Made by a program: the position numbers and the translations under genes
Notes under the pieces: model-generated
What the model saw: the letters and a program-made list of their open reading frames with translations, nothing else
Database searches by the model: none
What the model was told of the DNA's origin: nothing
Assembly: GCA_963804165.1 (NCBI GenBank)
Contig: CAWDPO010000006.1
Span: forward strand, 237,552 to 301,551
DNA: 64,000 nt
Direction: 5' to 3'
Origin: an uncultured delta proteobacterium
GTDB lineage: Bacteria > Desulfobacterota > Binatia > UBA9968
Part shown: piece after piece, positions 8,255 to 17,087 of the stretch
Position numbering within the stretch: the stretch's first letter is position 1
Layout of the letters: every line of letters starts with the position of its first letter

Positions 8255-9433
8255 TCAAGGCTCTTGCTGTTCGCGTTTCAGCTGGCTGTGATCGAGCAGC
8301 ATCTCCCGCTTGCGCCGAATCATCTCGCGCTCTTGATTGAGAAAGCGCTCCACGGCCCGGCGGAATTTGCCGTCGACGAAATAGTGAACGCTGGTCGTGT
8401 GCTCGGGCTCCAAACCGCGCAGTTGTTTGAAGCTCCCCCCTGCGCCGGCTTCGAAACGCGCTAATCCTGCGCGAATCGAATGCTCGATTGCCGAGTAGTA
8501 ACAGACGTTGAAATGGAGAAACGGATGCTCTTCGAAGCAGCCCCAGTAGCGCCCGTACATGGCGGTATCGTCACGGATGTTAAAGGTGCCAGCGATGATC
8601 TTGCCGTTGCGCTCGGCGAGCATCAGACATAAGTGTGCGGCGAACCGCCGATGCAGCTCATCGAAAAATTCCTGCGTGAGATACTGTCGGCCGTAATAGT
8701 GACGGTCGACGTGGCCTTTGTACAGGCGAAACATGGTGCGCACGTGATGCGTCGTGAGGTCGGCGCCTTCATAGGCGCGAATCGTGATGCCGCGCTCCGC
8801 CACCTCGCGCCGCTCGCGTTTGACTTTATTGCGCCGATCGCTGCGAAAGCTGCCGAGGTAGTCGTCGAAGGAGTTGAAATTGCGGTTTTGCCAGTGGAAC
8901 TGAATGCCGGCGCGCGGAAAGAAACCCACTTGTTCCAGCGACTCCCGTTCGTCGGCGAGACAGAAATTTACGTGAACCGACGAGATTTTATTGTCGGCGG
9001 CGATCTTGGCCAACGCCTGCCCCATGAAACGGATCAACTGGCCGCGATCTTCGTTCGGCGCGGTTAAAAAACGATGACCGGTTACCGGCGTGAACGGCAC
9101 GCCGACGAGCATTTTCGGGTAATATTGAATTCCCGCGTGCTGCGCCGCCTCGGCCCATTCATAGTCGAAGACAAACTCGCCCATGCTGTGGAGCTTTAAA
9201 TACATCGGGCATGCGCCGATGAGTTCGCCCGCTTTCTCGACGATGATGTGGTGCGGCAACCAGCCGGTTTGCTCATTGACGCAGTCCGATTGCTCCAAAC
9301 TGTCGAGCCAATCCCATTTCAAAAAGGGTGTCGCGCCGCCGGTCAATGTGTCCCAGCGCTCGCGCGGCACTTCCGCGACCTTTTGCACGACTCTTAGAGT
9401 GCTCGTGTCCGACATCACCGCCGATCTTAGCAT
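8255..9433 (-). CDS. GNAT-family / FemAB-like N-acetyltransferase (DUF482-type)
   Basis: YLKLHSMGEFVFDYEWA, VPFTPVTG, YGRYWGC, LHFNVCYY, FEAGAGG. Confidence 0.9.
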   Translation of the reverse strand: MLRSAVMSDTSTLRVVQKVAEVPRERWDTLTGGATPFLKWDWLDSLEQSDCVNEQTGWLPHHIIVEKAGELIGACPMYLKLHSMGEFVFDYEWAEAAQHAGIQYYPKMLVGVPFTPVTGHRFLTAPNEDRGQLIRFMGQALAKIAADNKISSVHVNFCLADERESLEQVGFFPRAGIQFHWQNRNFNSFDDYLGSFRSDRRNKVKRERREVAERGITIRAYEGADLTTHHVRTMFRLYKGHVDRHYYGRQYLTQEFFDELHRRFAAHLCLMLAERNGKIIAGTFNIRDDTAMYGRYWGCFEEHPFLHFNVCYYSAIEHSIRAGLARFEAGAGGSFKQLRGLEPEHTTSVHYFVDGKFRRAVERFLNQEREMIRRKREMLLDHSQLKREQQEP

Positions 9434-9585
9434 GAGCGTCTATTCGATCAAACTTTAGTGGAAATTTCGGCAGTTTGGCTCGCCAGCCTACCGAAAGGTC
9501 TTTTTTGGAGGCGGCGCTGCGAACCGGGCACGCTCTTGACAAGTCTACCGGGCAACCTTATTGATTATCTACGCGCGAGCGACTT

Positions 9586-10032
9586 ATGGTCATCTACAAC
9601 CTCCTCTGCAAAAAGAAACACAGCTTCGAAGGCTGGTTTCCCAGTTTTGAGGATTTTCAGAAACAAGCGGACAAGAAGCTGATCTCTTGCCCGACCTGCG
9701 GCACGACCAAGGTCGAGAAGGTTCCGCACGCTTGCGCCGTGCACGTGAAAAAAGACCGACCCGCGCCGCCGGCTATAAAGCCCGAGCAGACGCCGCCGCC
9801 GGCGCCGCCGAGCGCTGCGGAATTCAAGGAAATGCTGCTTAAAGTGCATCACTACGTCAAAGAGAATTTCGAAGACGTCGGTTCCCGCTTTGCCGAAGAA
9901 GCCCGCGAGATTCACAAAGGTGCGGCAGAGGAACGCCCCATTCATGGCACGGCGACGCGGGATGAAGCCAAAGACCTTGCCGAAGAAGGCGTGCCGTTCG
10001 TCGCTTTGCCGAAGCCCGAGCTCGACAGCTAG
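9586..10032 (+). CDS. DUF1178-family protein
   Basis: MVIYNLLC..HSFEGWF, CPTCG, FEDVGSRFAEEAREIH. Confidence 0.9.
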   Translation: MVIYNLLCKKKHSFEGWFPSFEDFQKQADKKLISCPTCGTTKVEKVPHACAVHVKKDRPAPPAIKPEQTPPPAPPSAAEFKEMLLKVHHYVKENFEDVGSRFAEEAREIHKGAAEERPIHGTATRDEAKDLAEEGVPFVALPKPELDS

Positions 10033-10068
10033 CTCGCTGTTCGTTCGAATCGATTGAGTGATTTTACG

Positions 10069-10098
10069 AACGCCGCCGCCAGGCGGCGTTTTTGTTTT
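10069..10098 (+). terminator. Intrinsic terminator
   Basis: AACGCCGCC-GCCA-GGCGGCGTT followed by T-rich tail. Confidence 0.7.
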
Positions 10099-10165
10099 CC
10101 CGCCTGTTGCAATCGCCGCGCTCCTGCGAAATAGATGCGTGAACAAATCCGCACGCGGAGGCCGC

Positions 10166-11248
10166 ATGCTACTGATCAACAACCAAGTGGTCGAAAAAAT
10201 TCTCGATATCCGGGGCTGCATGGAAGCTCTGGAAACCGGCTACCGCGATCTGATCAACGAGCGCGCGAACTATCGAGGTCGCTACGATTTCTTCGTGCCC
10301 AGCGACGATCCCAAGCTGATGTACCGCTGGGGCACCATGGAAGGAGCGTCGCGTTCCTTTGAAACCTTCGCGATCAGAATGAAGTCCGACATGCTCGAAT
10401 GGCCCGAAGGAAAAACCGTAGAAAAGTATTGTGTCGAGCCCGGGACTTTTTGCGGTTTCGTTATGGTTTTTTCAACTCGTAACGGCGAACCGCTGGCGAT
10501 TATCAACGACGGTATCATTCAGCACATGCGCGTCGGCGCCTGCGCCGGTCTCGGCGCGAAGTATTTATCGCGCGAAGATTCGGGCGTCGCCGGCATTTAC
10601 GGCTCAGGTGGCATGGCGCGCACCTATTTGCTTGCCTTCACCCAGGTGCGCAAGCTGCACGAAGTCAAAGTCTTCAGTCCGACCAAAAAAAATCGCGAAG
10701 CTTACGCCAAAGAGATGGGCGAAAAGCTCGGCATTAAAATCACTCCAGTCGAACGCGCCGAAGACGCCTTGCGCGGCTCGGACATCGTCGCCACCTGCAC
10801 CGATTCGATTCAAGTCGTGGTCGATGATCCCGCGCTGATCGAAGCGGGCATGCATCTCACCTGCGTGAAATCGAATGAGTGGAATCCGGAAATCGTCAAG
10901 CGGTCAGATCTAGTCGTCAAAATGGGGCGCGCGACGATGAACTTGGACGTAGGGCAGATGCGCATCGGCGGCGAAGCCGCGGTGGTCGCGGGCAATGCGG
11001 AGGAGATCAAAAGAATCGCCAATCCCAAGGTCGATATTTTCTCCGCCGACTTGCCGCTGCTTACCGACATCATGTCCGGCAAGCTCAAAGGTCGCACCGA
11101 TAGAAATCAAGTGACCTTTTTCGCCAACAGCGGCACTCAGGGGCTCCAATTCGCCTCCACCGCCGGCTACGTCGTGCGCGAAGCCAAACGCCGCGGTTTG
11201 GGACAGCAGATTCCGACCGACTGGTTTTTGCAGGACATCAGGGATTAG
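10166..11248 (+). CDS. Ornithine cyclodeaminase / mu-crystallin family protein
   Basis: MRVGACAGLGAKYLSR, GIYGSGGMAR, DIVATCT; GGAGG RBS before ATG 10166. Confidence 0.88.
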   Translation: MLLINNQVVEKILDIRGCMEALETGYRDLINERANYRGRYDFFVPSDDPKLMYRWGTMEGASRSFETFAIRMKSDMLEWPEGKTVEKYCVEPGTFCGFVMVFSTRNGEPLAIINDGIIQHMRVGACAGLGAKYLSREDSGVAGIYGSGGMARTYLLAFTQVRKLHEVKVFSPTKKNREAYAKEMGEKLGIKITPVERAEDALRGSDIVATCTDSIQVVVDDPALIEAGMHLTCVKSNEWNPEIVKRSDLVVKMGRATMNLDVGQMRIGGEAAVVAGNAEEIKRIANPKVDIFSADLPLLTDIMSGKLKGRTDRNQVTFFANSGTQGLQFASTAGYVVREAKRRGLGQQIPTDWFLQDIRD

Positions 11249-11259
11249 CTGCTAACGCG

Positions 11260-11426
11260 CCAGGTCGGCGAAATCGGTTTCGATTTGCGGCGAAAGACCC
11301 TCCCAACCGACGGCAAAACCGACGGTTAAGGGGATGCAACTGGTGCTGGACGCGGCGGCCGAAGACGACCCAAAGGCTAAGACGCTCAGTCCACAGCAGC
11401 TGATCGATCTGAGTTTTCTGCCGTAG
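11260..11426 (+). pseudogene. C-terminal remnant of an NMT1/SsuA-like substrate-binding protein
   Basis: Reads EIGFDLRRKTLPTDGK/PTVKGMQLVLDAAAEDDPKAKTLSPQQLIDLSFLP*, resembling the PYPTLEGMKTIL tail of the SBP at 55254; no start codon. Confidence 0.6.
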
Positions 11427-11436
11427 AGGAGATTGT

Positions 11437-12438
11437 ATGACTGAGTCAACGAGAATCCCCCGATTTAGCACCGACGAAGCGATGCATCGCCTGCGCCAGA
11501 CGGTTCACACGAAGGCAAACAACTTCTACGCGATGTATTCGAGCATCCTCGGCGGCATCGTCACCGACCCCGCCATTATGGTGCTGCCGCTCGACGATCA
11601 CATGGTGCATCGCGGTCACGCCGTCTTTGATACAGCGGCACTGACCCATGGGATGCTCTATCAACTCGATCCGCACTTGGATCGCTTGATCAAATCGGCC
11701 GACGCCGCGCGCATCCCGTTACCGTTTCCGCGAGAACGGTTGCGTCAGATCATTTTGGAAACCGCGGCGGCGAGCCACCAACGCGATGGATCGGTGCGTT
11801 ACTGGCTATCCGCCGGGCCCGGCGGCTACGGCCTTGGTCCGGCGGAGTGCGTCGGCAGCAGTTTCTACGTGATCGTCTTCAAACAGGAAGCTTACCCCGA
11901 GAGTTACTATCGACAGGGCATCAAGATCATCACCAGCCAGGTGCCGATCAAGCCGCCGCTCTTCGCGCGCATCAAGTCGACCAATTATTTGCCGAACGTG
12001 CTCGTCGTGCTGGAAGCCAAGGATCGCGGCGCCGACAACGGTGTTTTCATCGACCAGCGCGGCATGGTGGCGGAAAGCTCCAACATGAACGTGGCATTCG
12101 TCACCAAGGATCGCGTGTTTCGCCATCCGCCTTTCGATGCGATCTTGTCAGGCATCACGATCCAGCGAGTTCTCAATTTCGCCCAGCGTCTCGTACAAGA
12201 AGGCCTGCTTAACGCTGTCCAAGTCGCCGATATTCCGGCGCAGGACGGGCACCACGCGGTGGAAATGATGCTCATCGGCAGCTCGATCAAAGTCGCGCCC
12301 GTGGTCGAATGGGACGAACAAAAGATCGGCGACGGCAAACCAGGACCGATCACCAAAAAACTTCTGGAAATGTGGAACGAGGACGCGACATCGGCGACGG
12401 ATCAGCTCGTGCCAGTGCCCTACGACGAAGAAACCTAG
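11437..12438 (+). CDS. Class IV PLP aminotransferase (D-amino-acid transaminase / ADC-lyase-like)
   Basis: DDHMVHRGHAVFDT, HLDRL, IKSTNYLPN (PLP Lys), ILSGIT. Confidence 0.9.
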   Translation: MTESTRIPRFSTDEAMHRLRQTVHTKANNFYAMYSSILGGIVTDPAIMVLPLDDHMVHRGHAVFDTAALTHGMLYQLDPHLDRLIKSADAARIPLPFPRERLRQIILETAAASHQRDGSVRYWLSAGPGGYGLGPAECVGSSFYVIVFKQEAYPESYYRQGIKIITSQVPIKPPLFARIKSTNYLPNVLVVLEAKDRGADNGVFIDQRGMVAESSNMNVAFVTKDRVFRHPPFDAILSGITIQRVLNFAQRLVQEGLLNAVQVADIPAQDGHHAVEMMLIGSSIKVAPVVEWDEQKIGDGKPGPITKKLLEMWNEDATSATDQLVPVPYDEET

Positions 12439-12678
12439 CGACAAAGACACACTCGAAGGTTTTGTTTCTTGAGCCCGCAATGCTTGTCCCCCGGACTCTC
12501 GGCGGGCGAACAAAACTAGTATTTTTGATCCAATCTTCAAGCTGATCGAGAGTCCAAATAAACTCGCAGAAGATGTCCCGAGCGCACTTCTCGTTCGTCG
12601 TATTAATGAAACGAAATAAAGCCGCCGGCACGATCACGGCACGTCACGCGCGATCATAGGCCTAAAAGGAGGTTCGAG

Positions 12679-12794
12679 ATGCAAGGTCACAAGGTGGTTT
12701 CCAGAGATGAATGGCTCGCTGCGCGCAGCAACACTTGATTAAGGAGAAAGAAGTCACCCAGCTGCGCGATCAATTGAGCGCCGAGCGGCGCTAA
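12679..12794 (+). pseudogene. N-terminal remnant of a DUF899 (thioredoxin-like) gene
   Basis: AGGAGG RBS; MQGHKVVSRDEWLAAR/QHLIKEKEVTQLRDQLSAERR* with a frameshift and early stop. Confidence 0.75.
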
Positions 12795-12903
12795 AAACAG
12801 TGCGCATTACGTGGCCGAAGAGCAACCGGAGATCGTGGCTGAACTCATCGGACGTTACGCTTCGCTATAGAAGGGTGAAACCTCGACAAACAGGAGGATG
12901 GAA

Positions 12904-13683
12904 ATGCTACTTGAGAACAAGAACGCAGTGGTCTACGGAGCGGGAGGAGCGATCGGCGGTGCGGTTGCTCGTGCCTTCGCCCGCGAGGGAGCGAAGGTCT
13001 TCCTGGCGGGTCGCACGGTGGCAAAACTTGACGCGGTGGCCAGCGAGATCTCCGCCGCAGGAGGAGAGGCCGAATTAGCTCAAGTCGATGCCCTCGATGA
13101 ACCGGCCGTTGAGAAGTACATCGGCGAAGTCGTTAAGAAAGCGGGGTGCATTGACGTCTCATTCAACGCCATCGGAATGGAAGACGTTCAAGGAACGCAG
13201 CTCATCGAGATGACGCTTGAAAACTTCGTGCACCCGATCACGACGGCGATGAGGACGCAATTCTTGACTGTGAGGGCGGCAGCGCGACACATGGTCAAGA
13301 AGGGATCAGGCGTGATTTTGGCAATCACCGCGACGCCGGCGCGCATGGCTTTTCCTTTGGTCGGAGGCTTCGGACCGGCAGGCGCGGCGGTCGAAGGTCT
13401 TTGCCGCGGTTTTGCGGCGGAACTTGGATCGCAGGGTGTCCGTGTCGTTTGCCTACGGTCGGCAGGATCTCCGGAATCGATCGCAGACAGCCTGGATGAT
13501 CACGCCAAGGCTGCCGGTATGACGCGCGAGGAGTTCCAGGCCTCCATCGAAAACATGACTCTGCTTCGACGACTTCCGACGTTGGCCGAGGTGGCGAACG
13601 TGGCGGCCTTCATGGCTTCCGATCAGGCTAGCGCGATGACGGGGACCGTGGCCAACATGACTTGCGGCTCAATCGTCGATTAG
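12904..13683 (+). CDS. SDR-family oxidoreductase
   Basis: YGAGGAIG Rossmann motif; C-terminal EVANVAAFMASDQASAMTG. Confidence 0.9.
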   Translation: MLLENKNAVVYGAGGAIGGAVARAFAREGAKVFLAGRTVAKLDAVASEISAAGGEAELAQVDALDEPAVEKYIGEVVKKAGCIDVSFNAIGMEDVQGTQLIEMTLENFVHPITTAMRTQFLTVRAAARHMVKKGSGVILAITATPARMAFPLVGGFGPAGAAVEGLCRGFAAELGSQGVRVVCLRSAGSPESIADSLDDHAKAAGMTREEFQASIENMTLLRRLPTLAEVANVAAFMASDQASAMTGTVANMTCGSIVD

Positions 13684-13726
13684 CTGCTCCCAAAAATCCT
13701 GGCCGGTTTAGCTTGGAGGAAAAATT

Positions 13727-14311
13727 ATGACAATGCCGATAGTCAAGACCGTTACGACATCGGATGAAGCTCCAGTCATTGATGTCGTGGTACTGGCGTT
13801 TAGCGCGGACCCTGGTGCGCGTTGGACGTGGCCCGATCCGCAGCAGTATCTCATGCATTTCCCTAGTTTCGTCCAGGCATTCGGGGGCAAGGCGTTTACA
13901 CACGGGAGCGCCTACTACGTTAACGGCTATGTCGGTGCAGCACTGTGGCTTCCACCAGATGTGCACCCTGATGAAGACGTGCTCATCACCCTATTGCAAC
14001 ACACCGCGCCCGAGCAGATTCAAAAGGACATCTTTGCGGTATTCGAACAAATGGGTCGCTATCATCCGAGCCAACCGCATTGGTATTTGCCGGTCATTGG
14101 TGTCGACCCGTTCCAACAGGGCAAAGGATTTGGTTCGGCGTTAATGCAGCACGCCCTTCTTCAGTGCGACCGAGACCACGCGCCCGCGTACCTCGAGTCG
14201 ACCAATTCGGCCAACATCCCGCTGTATGAGCGACATGGCTTTAAAGTGCTGGATATAATTCAAGTGGGATCATCGCCGCCTATCTTCCCGATGCTCCGAG
14301 CGGCCCGCTGA
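13727..14311 (+). CDS. GNAT N-acetyltransferase (puromycin acetyltransferase-like)
   Basis: HWYLPVIGVDPFQQGKGFGSALM, AYLEST, LYERHGF. Confidence 0.9.
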   Translation: MTMPIVKTVTTSDEAPVIDVVVLAFSADPGARWTWPDPQQYLMHFPSFVQAFGGKAFTHGSAYYVNGYVGAALWLPPDVHPDEDVLITLLQHTAPEQIQKDIFAVFEQMGRYHPSQPHWYLPVIGVDPFQQGKGFGSALMQHALLQCDRDHAPAYLESTNSANIPLYERHGFKVLDIIQVGSSPPIFPMLRAAR

Positions 14312-14370
14312 AGGAATGCCATTGGCGGGCGAGTCGAGGGCGGCGGCAGCGATCACGCTTGACTAGAGCG

Positions 14371-14392
14371 GAATTCGCCCCTAGGGCGAATT
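14371..14392. repeat. Short palindrome / hairpin
   Basis: AATTCGCCC-CTA-GGGCGAATT between two genes. Confidence 0.4.
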
Positions 14393-14431
14393 GGCGCCTA
14401 CAAAATCCGCATGAAGAGAAAGGAGAAAGAA

Positions 14432-14885
14432 ATGACCACCGCAAATACCAAAGCAACTGAAGAAGCCCAGATCCGCACGTTGATCGACAATTGGGCGAAC
14501 GCGCTACGGGCCAAGAACGCCAATGGCGTGGTGTCTCAATATGCGCCGGACAGCATTAAGTTTATCCTCGCGCCTCCCCTCCGATACACGCGGGACAATC
14601 CGTTCGGCAAGAAGGACCCTGGAGGAGTGGTTCTCCTCGTTCCGAGGCCCGATTGGCTACGAGGTTCACGAAATGAACCTCACGACGGGCGACGACGTAG
14701 CCTTCTGCCACAGCCTCAACCGGATGATGGCGATAACGATAGGCGGAGAGAAAGTCGACTTATGGTTTCGCGAGACCCTCGGCTTCCGCAAAATCGACGG
14801 CAGGTGGACGATCACACATGAGCATAGCTCCGTGCCCTTCTACATGGACGGTAGTTACAAAGCGGCGATCGACCTCAAACCCTAG
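14432..14885 (+). CDS. SnoaL/NTF2-like (DUF4440/YybH) protein, frameshifted near 14617
   Basis: EAQIRTLIDNWANALRAK in one frame; GDDVAFCHSLNR...WTITHEHSSVPF in the other. Confidence 0.8.
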
Positions 14886-15149
14886 TGCTTTGCCGAGAGC
14901 AGATAGGTTTGAGGAAAACGCCTGCGTTGATCAAACGACTGTCCGTTCGTCGTTTTCCATGTGAGAAACTTTTGAACCGATAGTCAAATCGCTAGACCCG
15001 ATCCTCTGGACGGACCGTGTGGTTGCTTTCGAAATCCAAAGCCACGGAAAAGCTCGAAGAGAGATTGTCAAGAAAGTAGTCCTGATGGTAGACACCCGAC
15101 TTTTAGTCAAGGCACCGTGAAGGTAAAATACCCGCCGACATCTTCAGAA

Positions 15150-15458
15150 TCAGGGAACATTGAGGCTGCCGATTTCCGCGATTGGCCGGCCGAGATGATT
15201 TCGGAAAAGTATGACGATTTCTCGCATAGCGTCTTCCGCATCGAAGTGCAAAGAACCAACATATTCTTGTTGGTTCCATTGGATAACGACAAAGCAATGA
15301 GGACTATTCAAGATGCTGGGGGCAGAGTCCAGCACTCGAATCAGAACGCCGACTTCGCCGCGAGGCAAGGGATTGCTCGGGCCGAACGGTCCCGTCCACG
15401 CGGGAGGCCAGTTGGAGCGGCCCAGAAACGTCATGCACGGATGCTTTCTCAGCTCCAT
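15150..15458 (-). CDS. Hypothetical protein
   Basis: 102 aa, globular-looking (SNWPPAWTG, PRGEVGVL, YVGSLHFD, IAEIGSL); co-oriented directly after the Crp/Fnr gene. Confidence 0.6.
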   Translation of the reverse strand: MELRKHPCMTFLGRSNWPPAWTGPFGPSNPLPRGEVGVLIRVLDSAPSILNSPHCFVVIQWNQQEYVGSLHFDAEDAMREIVILFRNHLGRPIAEIGSLNVP

Positions 15459-15493
15459 AGCGAGGGCTCCATGCTCTTTTTCATACGTTAGCG

Positions 15494-16228
15494 CTAGTTC
15501 GCTCCGAAAGACGAATCGTTAGGGCTGCTCTCGATGACCTTACGAAGGTTCCTCGGGTTGACGATAATGCGTCGCCCTTCCCTCAAAATAACCTTCTCGC
15601 GGTCGAATTCATTCAGATATTCGGTGACCTGCTGGCGCGAGGCGCCGACGATGCTGGCGAGCGTCTCATGACTGATGGCCAACGTGATCAAGGTTCCACG
15701 CGAGTCGGCTGATCCAAAATGATCAGCCAAACTCGAAAGCTCAAGCGCGATCCGTCGTCGCACGTCAAGGCCGATGCCACGGATGCAGTGGATGTACGAT
15801 TGTCTATTCAGATGCAAGGTCGTGGCAAACCCTGGCAGAAAAGTTTCATACGAGGCGCCCAGAAGCGTTTCGACAAATGCCTGTGGTTTGATCGAGCCTA
15901 TTATAGAGGATTCAAAGGCGTCGCACCTGAAAGCATGGCGCATTTCGGGCACGAGCGAGTCGAGGCCGAAAAATACTCCCGATGGAATCAGACTGACGAT
16001 CGTCTGTCGGTCGTAAGCATTGTAGGTGAGCCTGACGACTCCTGAGATGGCCAGGTAAATGAGCTTGGCGTGGTCGCCCTGATCATAAACAGTTTCGCCT
16101 TTTTTGAAAATCTTGACGGTCAGACTTCTGGCGAGTCTGTCTAGTTGAGCCGTCGATAGGCGGTAGAGATTTTTGAGCTGCTTAAGATCTTTCGTATCGA
16201 CGTTTGTCAAAGAAGTGTTTTTGGCCAT
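15494..16228 (-). CDS. Crp/Fnr-family transcriptional regulator
   Basis: cNMP-binding domain (IYLAISGVVRL, GVFFG); HTH ISHETLASIVGASRQQVTEYL. Confidence 0.9.
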   Translation of the reverse strand: MAKNTSLTNVDTKDLKQLKNLYRLSTAQLDRLARSLTVKIFKKGETVYDQGDHAKLIYLAISGVVRLTYNAYDRQTIVSLIPSGVFFGLDSLVPEMRHAFRCDAFESSIIGSIKPQAFVETLLGASYETFLPGFATTLHLNRQSYIHCIRGIGLDVRRRIALELSSLADHFGSADSRGTLITLAISHETLASIVGASRQQVTEYLNEFDREKVILREGRRIIVNPRNLRKVIESSPNDSSFGAN

Positions 16229-17087
16229 AACCACGGTTCGCTCCAACGACGGAATCGGCTGTTAAACGTATTTTCTCCCCGCGATTAAATGATCGATTAT
16301 TGTCATCCCAAGCAACCACTTTCGGTCCCGGAAAATCCGTAGGTTTGATCGAAAACAGCCGAAACATATAACGAAATTAACGACGATTCTGTCAGATACC
16401 TGACATCCCGTTAACAAAAATCCAGTTCGACGCCCGACGAACACCGAGGTCTCCGATGACCGGAGAGCTAGGGGGTTTCGACTAGCTTCGTACGCGGCCT
16501 TAGTCGGCTCGTTCTCCAGCTTCACGTGCGCTCTTGCAAACGTCCCCGTAAAAAACGCGACCCAACGCGAGAAGTCCGACTGTTTGGTATATTGCGCAAT
16601 CGTCGGACCACTCGGAAAAATCAAATTTACAGCGTCCTTCGGTCGTTTTTTAAGAAAAAATATATCGGGACGAGTTGATTGCGTAGGGAAAATCTCTGAC
16701 AGCTCGATAGTCGTTTTCATACCATCGGCAATCTCAGACCGATCAGATCCTGCACGGCGCCGTAACCGGCGTGACGAGAGTTGATTCGAGAGGAGTCAAG
16801 AGAAGGCTCCGGCCGGAGTTTGGACGCCATTGATAATCTTTCTTATAGCTGAACCCGAACCTTGGGCCTGTGCTGGACACCCTGGTTGACATTCAGCTGA
16901 TCGGTGACATGCTTTTTTGAGGGGACATCAGACCGATGAACGCGAGATCTCCTCCCACCGCTTAGAACCCAGCACCAAACTTGGCTGTTAGCCGTACGCA
17001 ACTTTACTCCTCAGCCTGAGCCTCATCTAACTTCTGAGTTTATAAGGTTTTTGAGTCTTTCTTCTACTCAAACGAAAGGAGAGGCCG

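Larger units (their letters stand above)
6546..8258. repeat. Outer MITE-like palindromic element (about 130 bp when rejoined), split by nested insertions
   Basis: TIRs TTGAGCCTCATCAAAAAGGTCCA (6546-6568) and TGGGCCTTTTTCATCAGGCTCAA (8236-8258), 20/23 complementary; internal CGTAC..GTACG hairpin at about 6603-6619. Confidence 0.75.

Noticed and set aside
6683-8464. 593-aa + strand ORF spanning the whole IS110
   Set aside because: Antisense shadow of the recombinase and GNAT frames; it crosses several independent insertion junctions and has no recognisable domain or RBS.
11300-11400. Possible c-di-GMP-I riboswitch (GGCAAAACC...GATGCAA)
   Set aside because: The GAAA-capped stem and downstream pairing are missing; the sequence is better explained as an SBP coding remnant.
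16262-16720. 152-aa ORF upstream of the Crp/Fnr gene
   Set aside because: No motifs, atypical composition, and it lies in an AT-richer regulatory-looking region.
16860-16980. 6S RNA
   Set aside because: A long interrupted hairpin is present, but I could not identify 6S conserved motifs or the usual gene context; kept only as an unassigned structured candidate.
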